From a virus: DNA of 64,000 nt. Positions 47,807-59,900 of this stretch are shown here, piece after piece (the first letter of the stretch is position 1; each line of letters starts with the position of its first letter). The stretch lies in IMG/VR virus record IMGVR_UViG_3300043827_000628, positions 27,350-91,349 of that record; one strand, given 5' to 3'. The translations under genes were made by a program, and so were the position numbers. Under the pieces are notes generated by a model. It was not told the origin of the DNA and made no database searches. It was given only the letters and a program-made list of their open reading frames with translations.

Positions 47807-50800
47807 TGAGCCAGTATCCCTCTAAATTACCAGAAGCTTCTGTAAATTTAATTAATATTACGGACAATAGCAAAGGTTTTGAAGTAGTAATTAAACCTAT
47901 TGAAAATATAGAAAATATAGAATCTTATAGAATATATTTAAGTAATTATGCTTTTTATACAGAGCCAAACACAAATCCAAATCAATTTTTAATAAAAGAA
48001 ATACCTTATTCGACAAAGGATGAATATTTTTATTATGTACCAAGAAATACTGGTATTCATTATTTAACAGTATTTTCAAAAAATAATTTAGGCTTTGAAT
48101 CTACTGGAGTATTATTTTCTGAAGTTATACCAGTACAAAATCCAATTAATGAAGTGTTGTTGCATAATTTAAATTACTATTCTGATTTAATTTTATTGTC
48201 TGATAATATTAATTATTCTGGAGGAATGTCTAATATATCAGTTGATAATAAAAAAGAAATTACTGTATATACTCCATACGCATACTTAGCTTGGCAATTA
48301 GATACAGTCGCAGAGACAACAAACGATATTAAAAAAAATTCTCCAGAGAACAATGAATATGATTTTACAAAATATTTCAAAGATAATTCAATTAATTTTT
48401 ATATTAGAGTTATACCAGGTTTAGATCAAAATAGTGGCATATTAACTGATAATACTGTTCTTAGAAATAATTCTAATGATATTTATCGTATTACCACAGC
48501 TTGTTTAACTCCTAAATTAAGTGTAAACGCTAGCGATTTACAAATACAAAAATTTAATTTAACAAAAAGTGGAGATATTATTTCTGAAGTAGAGATAAAA
48601 ACTCCAGAAATTATTAGTGAAAATAATAGATATTTTCTTTTTGATTACGGAATTAATTACGACTCATATTTAATTAATAATACAATTCACGTTGAAGCTA
48701 CTGATGATTCAAATACTTTAACTTTTAATCCAGAAGTGCAAAATACAGGAGATTTTTTAAACGAGTTATTAACTTTAACTGGATCAGGAATTGGTCCTAA
48801 ATCATATGTCAAAATATCTCAACCTGGACATTATAATAATTATTATGTGTCTATAGAAGCCGTAGACGATGACGGAAATTCATCCGCAGGAGGAAATATA
48901 AATATATACGATTCACAAAGATATACAAATGAAAAAGGTTACAAATTAGTTAAAGTTAATCATAATAAAATATCAAAAAATAATGTATTAAAAATATTTA
49001 AAAATTATTATAGAGAAGGCAACAATAAAATTGTTTTTGAAATTAAAGATTTATTACCTGTGCATGTTGGTTTGGATTCAATCATCATTTTTCCAAAAAA
49101 ATATAGAGAAAATATAAATTTAGAAGAACAAACCGAATATTATGATAAATATATATTTTTACGTAATCTAAAGAATATTGATATCTTAAATTTAAATCCT
49201 AATTATAAAATTGAATCTCTGGATGATCAAAATACTACTCATTTTAAAATAACATGCACACTCAGTACAGATAGTTTACTTGTAAATGATAATATATTTT
49301 CTATTAAATTATATTATTTGAACAGTTTGGAAGCACAAGCTTTAAACTTTTATACTAGATTTGCTGGTGTATCAAATGAAGCAGTATTTAATTATTTAAA
49401 CACTACTGATCTCGTTGACAAATATGTAACATTAAATAAATTTGTTAAAGATAATAAAAATTATACATCTACAATAGCTGCAAGTTATCAAGGGTTAGTA
49501 TACTTTTTTACTCCAGAAAGTTATCCATATATTGCATGGCCTAATGAAGAGTATAGAAATACATATTTCAATAGAGATGGAGCAAGAATGCTTGATTTTA
49601 AAGATGATGGTGTTGCTTCTGGTCCTCAATTTTTTGATTATTTTCCATTAGCGCAAGCTAGAATTAATGGTCAATTTCCTAATGAGAATAAATATAAAAC
49701 AACATATAGGTGCTTAGATAGTTATAAATATAATGCAACAACTAATTTTGTTAGTTTTGAGCCAGAAGATGTTCCTCCTAGTGGGGTTAATAATAATCCT
49801 AGTTATCTTGGAGCTTATGATCCTGGCAATATTGGAGATTTAGAATCTCCAGAAACAGTAGATTTTAAATATGTTAAAGATGATTTAAAATATTTTGCAG
49901 CAAAAAATATATATTCAGTCAAATTACTAAGCGTAGGCATACAGAAAGAAGATGCTTATGCTATTGTAGAATTTATATTAGATATACCTGATGCACAAGA
50001 TTTTATTGTGCAAGGCATATCTGGAACGGATACAGTTCTTGAAAAAGGCGTTAAAGAAATTAACGGCACAAATTATCATTATTTTATTGCAAAATTTGTT
50101 TCTTCTTGTGGTGTAGATGCAGATCCAATTCTTAATGGTGAAAATATAGATGTTAAGAATATTGTAGATTCAAAGAAGATGATCTCTTTTGTTGTGTATC
50201 CTACAAAATTTAAGATTATCGAAGATCCATCGGATGTGCCATTTTTTGGAGATTTTTATCTGCTATCTAATAGCATAAATAATAAAGAATTTAATTTATT
50301 AAAAATTTGTCCAAGAACATTATTAACAAATAATACTGATTGCGTAAAAACATGTTGCGTAGAGGATACAGATACAATTAATTTTAGATCTGAATTTAAA
50401 CAATTTTTTATTATAAGTAAATATGTTCCAAATCAAACAGAGAGCAATTACCCTTATGGTAAGATCTGTGGTATGAATAAATATGTATTTGGATCTAGAA
50501 GTTGGAGATATTCCGCTTTTGATTATACTGGTTCTAATATAACTTTATATTACAAGAAACCAACTGATTCGATTAATTCTCTCAATTTAGGCATATTATG
50601 CCACCCAGAACATAATGTAGGAATACACAAGATATTAATATATTTAAAGCAAATTAATAATATTGATTCTATAACTTGGTCTAGTTCAGATTTAATAGAT
50701 TCTTATACTTTTGAAGAAGTAATTAAATATTACTCAATATATTTAGATATACCAGATTTTGATTTCTCTAATAGAACATCTGAAATCTATGAGAAGATAA

Positions 50801-50922
50801 TTAAAAATTATAATTCTTGGGTAAATCAAGGTCTAAAATTTGCAATAAAAATTATGGTTATAGATAATTCTGGTGATTCGATAGATCAAACTTTTATATT
50901 TCAAAATGATGAAAATTGTTAA
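47806..50922 (+). CDS. Tail-tip-associated protein (probable separated C-terminal part of gpJ, FN3-like start)
   Basis: TAATG coupling to gpJ; SYRIY..G.HYLTVFSKN..G.ES FN3-like pattern. Confidence 0.55.
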   Translation: MSQYPSKLPEASVNLINITDNSKGFEVVIKPIENIENIESYRIYLSNYAFYTEPNTNPNQFLIKEIPYSTKDEYFYYVPRNTGIHYLTVFSKNNLGFESTGVLFSEVIPVQNPINEVLLHNLNYYSDLILLSDNINYSGGMSNISVDNKKEITVYTPYAYLAWQLDTVAETTNDIKKNSPENNEYDFTKYFKDNSINFYIRVIPGLDQNSGILTDNTVLRNNSNDIYRITTACLTPKLSVNASDLQIQKFNLTKSGDIISEVEIKTPEIISENNRYFLFDYGINYDSYLINNTIHVEATDDSNTLTFNPEVQNTGDFLNELLTLTGSGIGPKSYVKISQPGHYNNYYVSIEAVDDDGNSSAGGNINIYDSQRYTNEKGYKLVKVNHNKISKNNVLKIFKNYYREGNNKIVFEIKDLLPVHVGLDSIIIFPKKYRENINLEEQTEYYDKYIFLRNLKNIDILNLNPNYKIESLDDQNTTHFKITCTLSTDSLLVNDNIFSIKLYYLNSLEAQALNFYTRFAGVSNEAVFNYLNTTDLVDKYVTLNKFVKDNKNYTSTIAASYQGLVYFFTPESYPYIAWPNEEYRNTYFNRDGARMLDFKDDGVASGPQFFDYFPLAQARINGQFPNENKYKTTYRCLDSYKYNATTNFVSFEPEDVPPSGVNNNPSYLGAYDPGNIGDLESPETVDFKYVKDDLKYFAAKNIYSVKLLSVGIQKEDAYAIVEFILDIPDAQDFIVQGISGTDTVLEKGVKEINGTNYHYFIAKFVSSCGVDADPILNGENIDVKNIVDSKKMISFVVYPTKFKIIEDPSDVPFFGDFYLLSNSINNKEFNLLKICPRTLLTNNTDCVKTCCVEDTDTINFRSEFKQFFIISKYVPNQTESNYPYGKICGMNKYVFGSRSWRYSAFDYTGSNITLYYKKPTDSINSLNLGILCHPEHNVGIHKILIYLKQINNIDSITWSSSDLIDSYTFEEVIKYYSIYLDIPDFDFSNRTSEIYEKIIKNYNSWVNQGLKFAIKIMVIDNSGDSIDQTFIFQNDENC

Positions 50923-53900
50923 CGGCCTAAATCTCTGCCCTTAGAGCCTTGATATAATACTCCACCTGGACGCTGTTCTTCTACTATTACTTTTAATATC
51001 TGTTGCCTTAATAATTCGGCTAATATCCTAGATCTTTCCATAGTCTTCTTGAACTTCTCTTGGTCATTCATATCATTTCCTTCGCTATCTTGACTTTCAT
51101 CTTTCTTATCTTGAGATGTTTGACCATTTTGATCAACATTAACGCTTATTGTTATATTATTTGTTACTCCGCCAGCTTGTGTTGTGTCGGTTACTGTAGC
51201 TTCAGTTTCAGTTTTATCTTTCATCTCTTTTGTTTGATCTTCTACAGTCCTATTTAATTGATCAAGAGATTTCAATAATTTAGTCATAGCGTCTACAAAT
51301 TGAGCTCTAGAGTTATCTTGATTATTCTGTTCTCCGCCTAAACCAATACTAGGCAAACTAGTTCCTACTGGACCACCTTCTGCAAATCCTTGGACTTGTC
51401 CTCTATTTAAACGATTGAAGAAAAGTTCACCCATTCTATCTACAACGTCTTTGCGTATAACATATTCTCCACCCATTAACATAGCTGGAACATCATCTTT
51501 AGTGGAAGTTCCTCCGTAAATCATTCCACCAGTAGCTCTACTTGCCCAACTTGGAGTAATACCTAATCTACTTCCTGTAGAGAACCAATTACTAAAAGGG
51601 ATTCCCGTAGAAGAACTAAATCCATAATTTGCTCCACCAAAATTACCAAATCCTCCAAAATATCTACTACCAAATGCAAAAGGAGAAAGAGCATTAGGAG
51701 TTCTAGGAAACTTAAATGATCCAAGTTGTCCAGTTGTAGAACCTGTAAATCCTAAATAATTTAAATAATTATTAAATCCTAATTGACCATAGCTAGATTT
51801 ACCCATAAAAGCCATTGGATCTGTACCTAATAATAATCTATTATAAGGTTGATTAGTATAAAAAGATGAAAATCTTGCTTGCAAGCCTTTTTCTAAATTT
51901 GTAACATTTTTTGTATCCATCAATGCTCCAACTGCTCTGTATAAATCTTGAGGCGCAAGTTCTTCTTGTTTTATTAAATCTGCTAAATTTTTTTGATATT
52001 CTTCTGCAAATTCTGGATCTGCAAAAGGATTAAAGTCTTGTTTTGTCACTTTTTGAGATGATGGTAGACCTCCTGGCTTATATGCTTTAGGTGGTTGCAT
52101 CATTGCTCTATTTGATGGTGGAATTCCTGGTTTTCCAGGATATCCTGGAAAACCATTTGGATATAAACGTTTTATAGCATCTGTTACAACTTCCCAAGGT
52201 TTTCCTACCGTTTCCCAAGGTTGAGGAAGATCAACTGGAATTTCTGGTATTGATAATGCTTGCGGAGCTCCGCGAGCATATCTACGAGGATTTTCATAAA
52301 GTCTTGATATTTGCGTTCTGGCAGGTAAACTAGTTCCTGCTGTAACAACTGGTGGATTAGTCCCTGCTATTTGAGGTGTAGAGATTGGAAATGCTGGCAT
52401 AGGCATAGTTGATCTTGATGGAAAAGGCATATTAACTACACCTTGCGGACTCTGCATCGCTTTCTTTGCTGCTTCTGGTGTCAAAAATCCAAGATCTACT
52501 TGTCTTTGCAATTCTGGGGGTAAACCAGCTATAGAAACTTGTGGCATGGCAGGAAATGTGCCTTTTGGACCACCACCAGTTGTAGCTATACCTTCTGGAT
52601 CTATACTTATAGGTAATGTAGATCTAGCTTGTGGAAGATAAGATCTAAGAGCTTTTGCAGTGCCTGCTACTTTAGTAGCATAAGCTCCTTCTGGCAACTT
52701 ACCAGCATAGCCTTGTCTCGCTAAAATATCAGCTCTTTTTGCAACATCAGTAACTCCTAGAGCTTCTTTGTATCTAGGCTTTTTCATGAATTGAATAAAA
52801 TCTTCGGTAAATTCATTTAAATCTTTATATTTTCTGTATACATTTGGACTTAACTCTCCTCTAGCTCTTTCATCTGCATTTGCTGGTAAAGTTATAGTAT
52901 CTCCTTTGTATCCTCCTCCAGCTTTAATTCCTGCTAAATTAAATCCAAATCTAGCTAATTCAGACATTCCATAATCACTTTCAAGTGCAAATTGAGCTAG
53001 AACAGCTTCTGGTGTAGTTCCAAGTTTCTGAGCTATAAGAAAAGCAATAGGATAATTTTGATCAACAAATGCTTGTTTTTTTACGTCTGCTCCAGTCCTA
53101 TATCCTTTAACTTTACCTCCAATTGCATATCTTCCAGCGGCAGCTTGACCAAATATTTGTTCGTATGGATTAGTTAATATTGGAGCGACATTACCTCTGG
53201 CATAGAATAATGGATCAACAGGTCTTGCAAACATCATAAAATAATCTTGAGCTGCATTTTGAGTATATGTTTTATAACCAGCAGGGGCACCCAAACCAAC
53301 ATTAAAAGCTAAACCTTGGTAAGTAGAAGATGGGGCTCCTCCCATCATTTGAAAACCGCCAGGGCCAAATCCTATTCCTCCTGCACCAGGTCCATACTGA
53401 GGTAATAATTGCATTTGTTTTGCGAATGGATCTCTAAACCCAGATAATTGACCCATTTCTACTTGTCTTTTTATTTCTTTTGTCTGTTCGTCTGTTAACC
53501 CAGGAATAGAAGTTTGCATACCGCTGTATTGACCTATAGAGCCCATTACAGTTTTACCAATGTCTTGAAAAAATCCTAAAAATGTATTTCCTATACTACC
53601 ACCACCCCCCCCACCCCCAAAAAGACTACCTAAACCTGAACCAAATTTTCCAACACTTGCCATTGAACCAAAAAGTCCCATTCCAACTCCTAATAATCCT
53701 CCAATAAATCCTTGTGTTACTTGACGATTATAAGCTGCCATTCTTTCAGAATTAATTCTATTCGCTTCTTCTTGAGCTTTCCTACGCATCTCTTCAACTT
53801 GACGCATTTGTTCATTATAGCTTGTTTTAAAATTACTTACTTGTTGCTGATAATTTTGCATTCCCATAAATCTTTCTGATCTTAATGCGTTCATAGGATT

Positions 53901-56900
53901 ATTTTCATCAGTTATAGCTCTTGTACTTAAAAGATCAGAGATATTAAATCTACCTGTTAGCGCTGGAACATTAGCTAATTCTTCCGGAGCATTTACTGTA
54001 GTTTTAAATGCTTCATCTGTAAATGGTCTAGTTAGTCTTTCTCCTTGAACTCCATAAAAATCATATTGATTTACAAGCAGACTGTTAATACTTCCACCTG
54101 TTGCATAACCTCTAATTCTGCCACCTTTAGACAAGATATTATCTCCACCGCCAGGGAAAGGGTAATATCCTTGTTCGGCCATCCATTGATCAAATAAATC
54201 AAGATTACCAAATATTCCTCCTGCAACTCCAAGCATTTTGACTCCTGTCTTTAATAAAGGACTACCAAATCTTGTAATCTTATCTTGATATCTCATCAGG
54301 CTTTTTAATAATGGATGTTGTGAAACTGGTATAGCTTTTGTTGAATCTCCTACTAATCTTGCATATGGTTTCGCAATTTTTGGTAATAATACCTCTGGTG
54401 ATGCCATTTCACTAGATTTAACGCCAAATTGTATATTTTCTCCTAAAGCTGCACGTACTTTACTAGGATCAAAGGGAGAGCTTGTATCATGTAAACCTTG
54501 ATAAGCACGAGCTCTTGCTTGCTGTAAAGGTTTAAGACGAACCCAGTCTGGAAGGTTTTTTGGAGGCTTAGCTCCCATGCCTCCAGCTGTTTTTGGATAA
54601 CTCAGACCTTTCTCATCATCCAAGATTGAATATTTTCCTTCAAGATATTTAAATTGACTCATTGTTAAGTTTTTGCCTTTAAATAATGCTGGAGTTTTAT
54701 CTTCTATACCAAAATTTCCATAAATTGGAGTCTGGGCAGGATTAACACCATAAAGTGCGGCTTGTCTTATACTACCTTGTTGAACACCTTTAAACATTGG
54801 TAAAACTCTAGATGGATTTGCTTCAGCTGCTCTCCCCCCAGCAGAAGATGTAATTGTACTACCATATTGTGAGCCTATTTTTACTCGAGGAGACGCCATC
54901 ATTCCTCCTAATGGTTCTCCTTTAACTGACACGCTAGGATCTGCTAACATAAATCCTCGAGCTACAGTATTTCCTGAATTAAATTGATTCCATGGTTGTC
55001 CATATTGATTAGCTGCCGATTGAATAAAACCGCTTATAGTTCTATCTGAAATATCATATAAAGTTTTTAGCCTAAATCCACCAGCTAAAGTCCCAGGTAT
55101 ATTAGCTTTAATTCCACCTTGCAATCTTGTTATGCCATATAGTTGTTGATTTAGTTGTTTATTCATACTTAATGGCAATGATTCTGCGGTGACTTTTGCT
55201 CCAGTAGAATATCCTTTTATCATTCCGCCCTGATTAAGCATATTTAGAGCATTTATACCATATTTATTAACAGCGCTTTTTCTTAATACATATTCGCCAT
55301 CTGTAAGCATAGCTGGAACGTCATCTTTTACTCCACTCCCGCCATCTACATAACCGCCACCACTATATTTTTTAATTAATCCTCCTTTAGCTTTGCCACC
55401 GCCAAATATACTATTAAATATACCACCTAATAATCCTCCACTATTATTTGCTGTGCCACCAAATCCGCCCCCACCAGTTAATCCTCCAAGAAGACTACGC
55501 ATACCGATGCTAAATTGTTCTTTAATTATCTGTTGTGAAATGCTAAGTGCCATGTCTCTAAATGCATCTTCAGCAGTTTTTGTTCCATCAAGAAATGCAC
55601 CAAATGCATCTTCAAAACCAGTTTGCATATTTTCAGCAAGATTAGCAAAAGATTCATTAATTTTTCTAGCAGTTGTTTGGGCATTATCGCCAAATCTATC
55701 AAAGAAAGATGTTACAGGTTGAAACCCTTCTTGAAGCTTGCCCTGTTTTAATAAATCATTAAAATAATTTTGTCTTGCCTCAGCTCTTTCACTAGAAAAC
55801 ATTTTAGATGCATTTGTTTGAAAAGTTATAGCATCAGATCTTAATTTAAGCTCTGCAAAAGCATCATTAACGCTCATAGTTTTATCTTTTACTTTATTGA
55901 CAATCTCTGCGTAACTTTTTGTAAACTCTTCTAATTGTTTCATTCCTGTAGATGTATTACCTACTTGATAATATAAATCTGTATATTGTTTGGTAAAATC
56001 TTGTTCAAAACCTTTGCTAACACCAGCTTGAAGACTCTGATTAACATCTGTAAATCTAACTCTTTCTAAATCTCTTGGACTAATTGGTACATTTCCTGTT
56101 CTTCCAAGTAGTCCAGATAAACCTTCCATAGTAGTGATATTTCTTGTTGCAGCAATTTGATTAATTTTGTTTTGTAAATTCTCATATTCTATTCTTCTAT
56201 TTTCCATAGCTATAAAGGCTTCTATGACTGGGGTAAGATCTCTTTTTCCTTCTTCTATTAAGGCTGTTAGAGCTTCTGCTTGATCTTTTGGTAAACCAAG
56301 AGTATTTATTCCATCGCTAATGCTAGCAATTCCTTGTTTAGCATTTTCTGCAGCATTTTGAATCTTTCTAGCATCTTCTTGAGTCAATTGTTTTTCAGTT
56401 ATAGCTTCATAATATGTTTCTAAAGATTTAGCTTGCTGATCTACCAAATTTTGAAATCTTATTTTTTGTTCTTTATCTAGTTCTCTGAATGTTTTATCTC
56501 CAGTTAAAAATCCAAATCTATCCATTAATTCTGCTCTATCCATTCCTCCTTTTAAAAATGCTCCTTTACTTTCAGCAATGTTTAAAGTCCCTCTACTTTC
56601 AGCAAGAGCTAAATTGATTCTTTCTCTTAATTCTGCTGTATTACCTAATTGAACATATAAATTTTTTACTTCTTCCGCTGTCTTTGGAGATACCATAGCT
56701 ATTTGGTTCAAACCGTCAACAATATCACTATTAGCTTTTTGTATTAATCTAACTTTAGTTTCTGTAGATAAATCTGGTCTTTCTTCTAAAGTATTTAAAG
56801 TTTCTAAAGATGTATTTAATGTTTGTGCACCAACAGTTAAATTATTAAAATTCTCTTTTGCTATTTCAATTTCTTTTGCAACTTCTGGCATTATATCTTT

Positions 56901-59900
56901 AAGTTCTGATATAACATTGTAGACTGCTAATCCTCCAGCCGCAACTCCTGCAGCTCCAATAGTCATAGGTCCACCGCCTAATGCTGCTGCCGTTCCAACT
57001 GCGCCAAGAGTACCAAATGCGCCAGTAACACCAGCTCTTGTTGCTCTTCCACCTCTACTAACGTCATCTCCTACGTATTGACTAATAATTCCACCAATAA
57101 TAGGCGCTGCAATTGTTGCGGCTGCTCCATATCTAGAACCAAATCTTCCTATAGCACCGCCAACCCCACCTCTTCGATTAAAATCTACTCTTCTTTCTAA
57201 TGCTGTACTACCAACGCCTAAAATTGGACCTTCTCTAGAAGCTTGTTGGCGATAATTTGCTAAATTAACTGTTGCACTCTCTAGTTGTTTTCTAGCGTTA
57301 GAAATAGCTTGTTCATCATTTGCAGAACTTCTTTCAATATTTTTTAAATTATTTAAAGCTTTATTTCTCTCTCTTAATAGATCTTTATATTTAATTTGTT
57401 CAATTCTTGTTTGTTGTAATGTTGCAGCTTGCTCTTCTGTTCTACGTTGGCCAAGCAATAAAAGCATTAATGAAGTTGGATCAAAACCTCCTAAACCAAC
57501 TCCAGCAAAATTAGGTATAAATCCATTTGTCATCATTCCTTGAATTTTTTTAGAGTTTTGTATAGCATTACTAATTCCTTCTGGATGGTCTCTCATTACT
57601 GCTGCAAAATTTGGTTGAGTTTTTCCATCTCTTACATAGAGTCCAAGACCCTCTTTATAATCTAAAGTTGGTTTTCCACCAAGACTTTTTTCTGTACTAA
57701 AAGCTTTATCTAATGGTGAAAAATTAGGAATAAAACCTAATGCTTTTTTAGTTTTAGCCTGAGATTTTAATGGATATCCTTGATTAGAAGCAATTTTGTT
57801 CGCCATAGATTGAGCCTGATCAGGATTTAGAGCGTTTTTTACTTCTCCAAATTTAAATTTATTTAAAACTTCTGCGCCTTTAAAAGTTTTAGCAATTCTA
57901 TTTAATTCATCTTTTGTTAAATCTAATGGCGCATTAGGATCTTCAACTGCACTGAAAATTGCAGATTTTAATCCTGCTTCAAAAACGCTTCCTATTGCAG
58001 CTTCAATAGTAGATCTATTAAAATTTGAATCTACATAATTCTTAAATTGACCACTTCTAACTAAATTTTCTGGATTTAAAGCTGCATTATTAATGAATGT
58101 ATATACTGCGCCTTTTAATTTTTTCTCAATATCAGTATATAGTTCTGCTCCTAAACCACCTTTTCCACCTGGAAAACCAAAAGTTGAAAATATAAATTCT
58201 GGATTTGGATCTCCTCTCTTTCCCATATATTTATCTGCTGTTGCTTTTGTAGATCCTAAACCAGTTCCTCCAAAAGATGGATAAACAAGTACCGCACCAG
58301 TCTGGTTAATTTCATCTTTTGATAAAACTCCTTTACCTAAACCAAGTGCTCTAGCCTCTGTTTGAGTTTTATAATAACTCAAAGCGTTATCTTTTACGCT
58401 ATTTTTTAAAAAAGATCCCCCTTCAGATGTTCCGCCGATTAAATACTGCTTAAATGGACTATTTTTTTTATTTAATTCATCGTAAATATTTTTAGAAATT
58501 GGGATATATCCTCTTTCAACCATTGCATCATAAGAAGCAAAATTAGGAATAAACCCTCTATTTGCATAAGGATCTATACCATATCTACCTTTAAATTTTT
58601 GTTTATATGCTTTACCTGCTTCACTATTCGCTGGTGGCATTATTCCTGGTTGAGAAAGACCAGAAAATTTTTTAACAGTTTCCGCATCATTATATGTGAC
58701 TCTACCATAATTTGGTATATTCATAGAGCGAACTTCTCCTGGCATATACCCACCAGATATTGCTCCCATTATTTCTTTATTTGCATTAAAATTAGGTATA
58801 AAACCTCGACTTTTATTCCTTGTTGTTGCTGGGGCAGTAATAACACCTTTTTCTGTAGAAACGACTCCACGAGTAACAAGACCTTTAGTTAATGAAGCAG
58901 CAATTGCGTTAGATTGTTGTCTTGCCGCAGATTGAGCTTGAATAACAGTTAGTATATCTTTTTCAACTTGCAATAATGAAATCTGTTTGTTAACAATATT
59001 TTGTACTAATTGTGGATTTTGAGTTAAAATACTATTTATCCTTTCTTGAATTTTAGCTTGTTCTTGACCAGCTTTACCAAGTCCTAAAAATGTTTTTGTT
59101 GCGTCTGCAGTAAATTTAGTTAAATTAATAAATATTTTTGTAAAAACTGCGCCAAGCAATAATAATCCAGGACCTACTATAAAATCACCAATACCTTCTA
59201 AAATACCTTTTCCAATTTTATTTCCTAAACCACTTCCTCCTTTAAAATCAAAACTTTCTAAAACTCCATTTAAAGTACCGAGAACCCTTTCGATTGCTGG
59301 AGCTAATGTCAATGATCCAATATCGCTTCCAGCTTTTGTTAAATTTGCTATAGTCTTATTAATTAATGCAGATAAAGTTTTATTTAATTCTTCATTTCTT
59401 TTTATAGCTTCATCTGTAGCACCGCTAGATATCTTTAAAGCGTTACCATATACAGAATATTCCCTACTTAAATCTCCTAAAGCTGCTTTTAAAACGTTTA
59501 TTTGGAAGACGCCGCCGACCAACTCTGCAATTTGAGCTTTTTGAGCCGCTCCTAATTGATCGAATTTAGTAGCAAGACCGGTTAAAATTTGAATAGCTGG
59601 AGCTGTATTTCCTTGTAAATCTCTAACAGCAATACCTAAACCTTCTAATTGATCTAACACATCAGTTCTTTGGACTCTAGTGAAAATAGTTTTTAATGAG
59701 TTGCCGATAACTGCTCCACCTCGCGCGGTAGTTTGATTAACACTAGCAACAATAGCTAATAATTGATCGAAACTGACTCCTACATCTTGCGCTGAACTAC
59801 CAACTCGTTTTAAGGCTTCAGCAAGATCTGCAGAACTAACTGCAAATGCAGCATCAACGCTCGCTAATTTATTTACGATTTGAGTAGAATCTAAAGCTGA

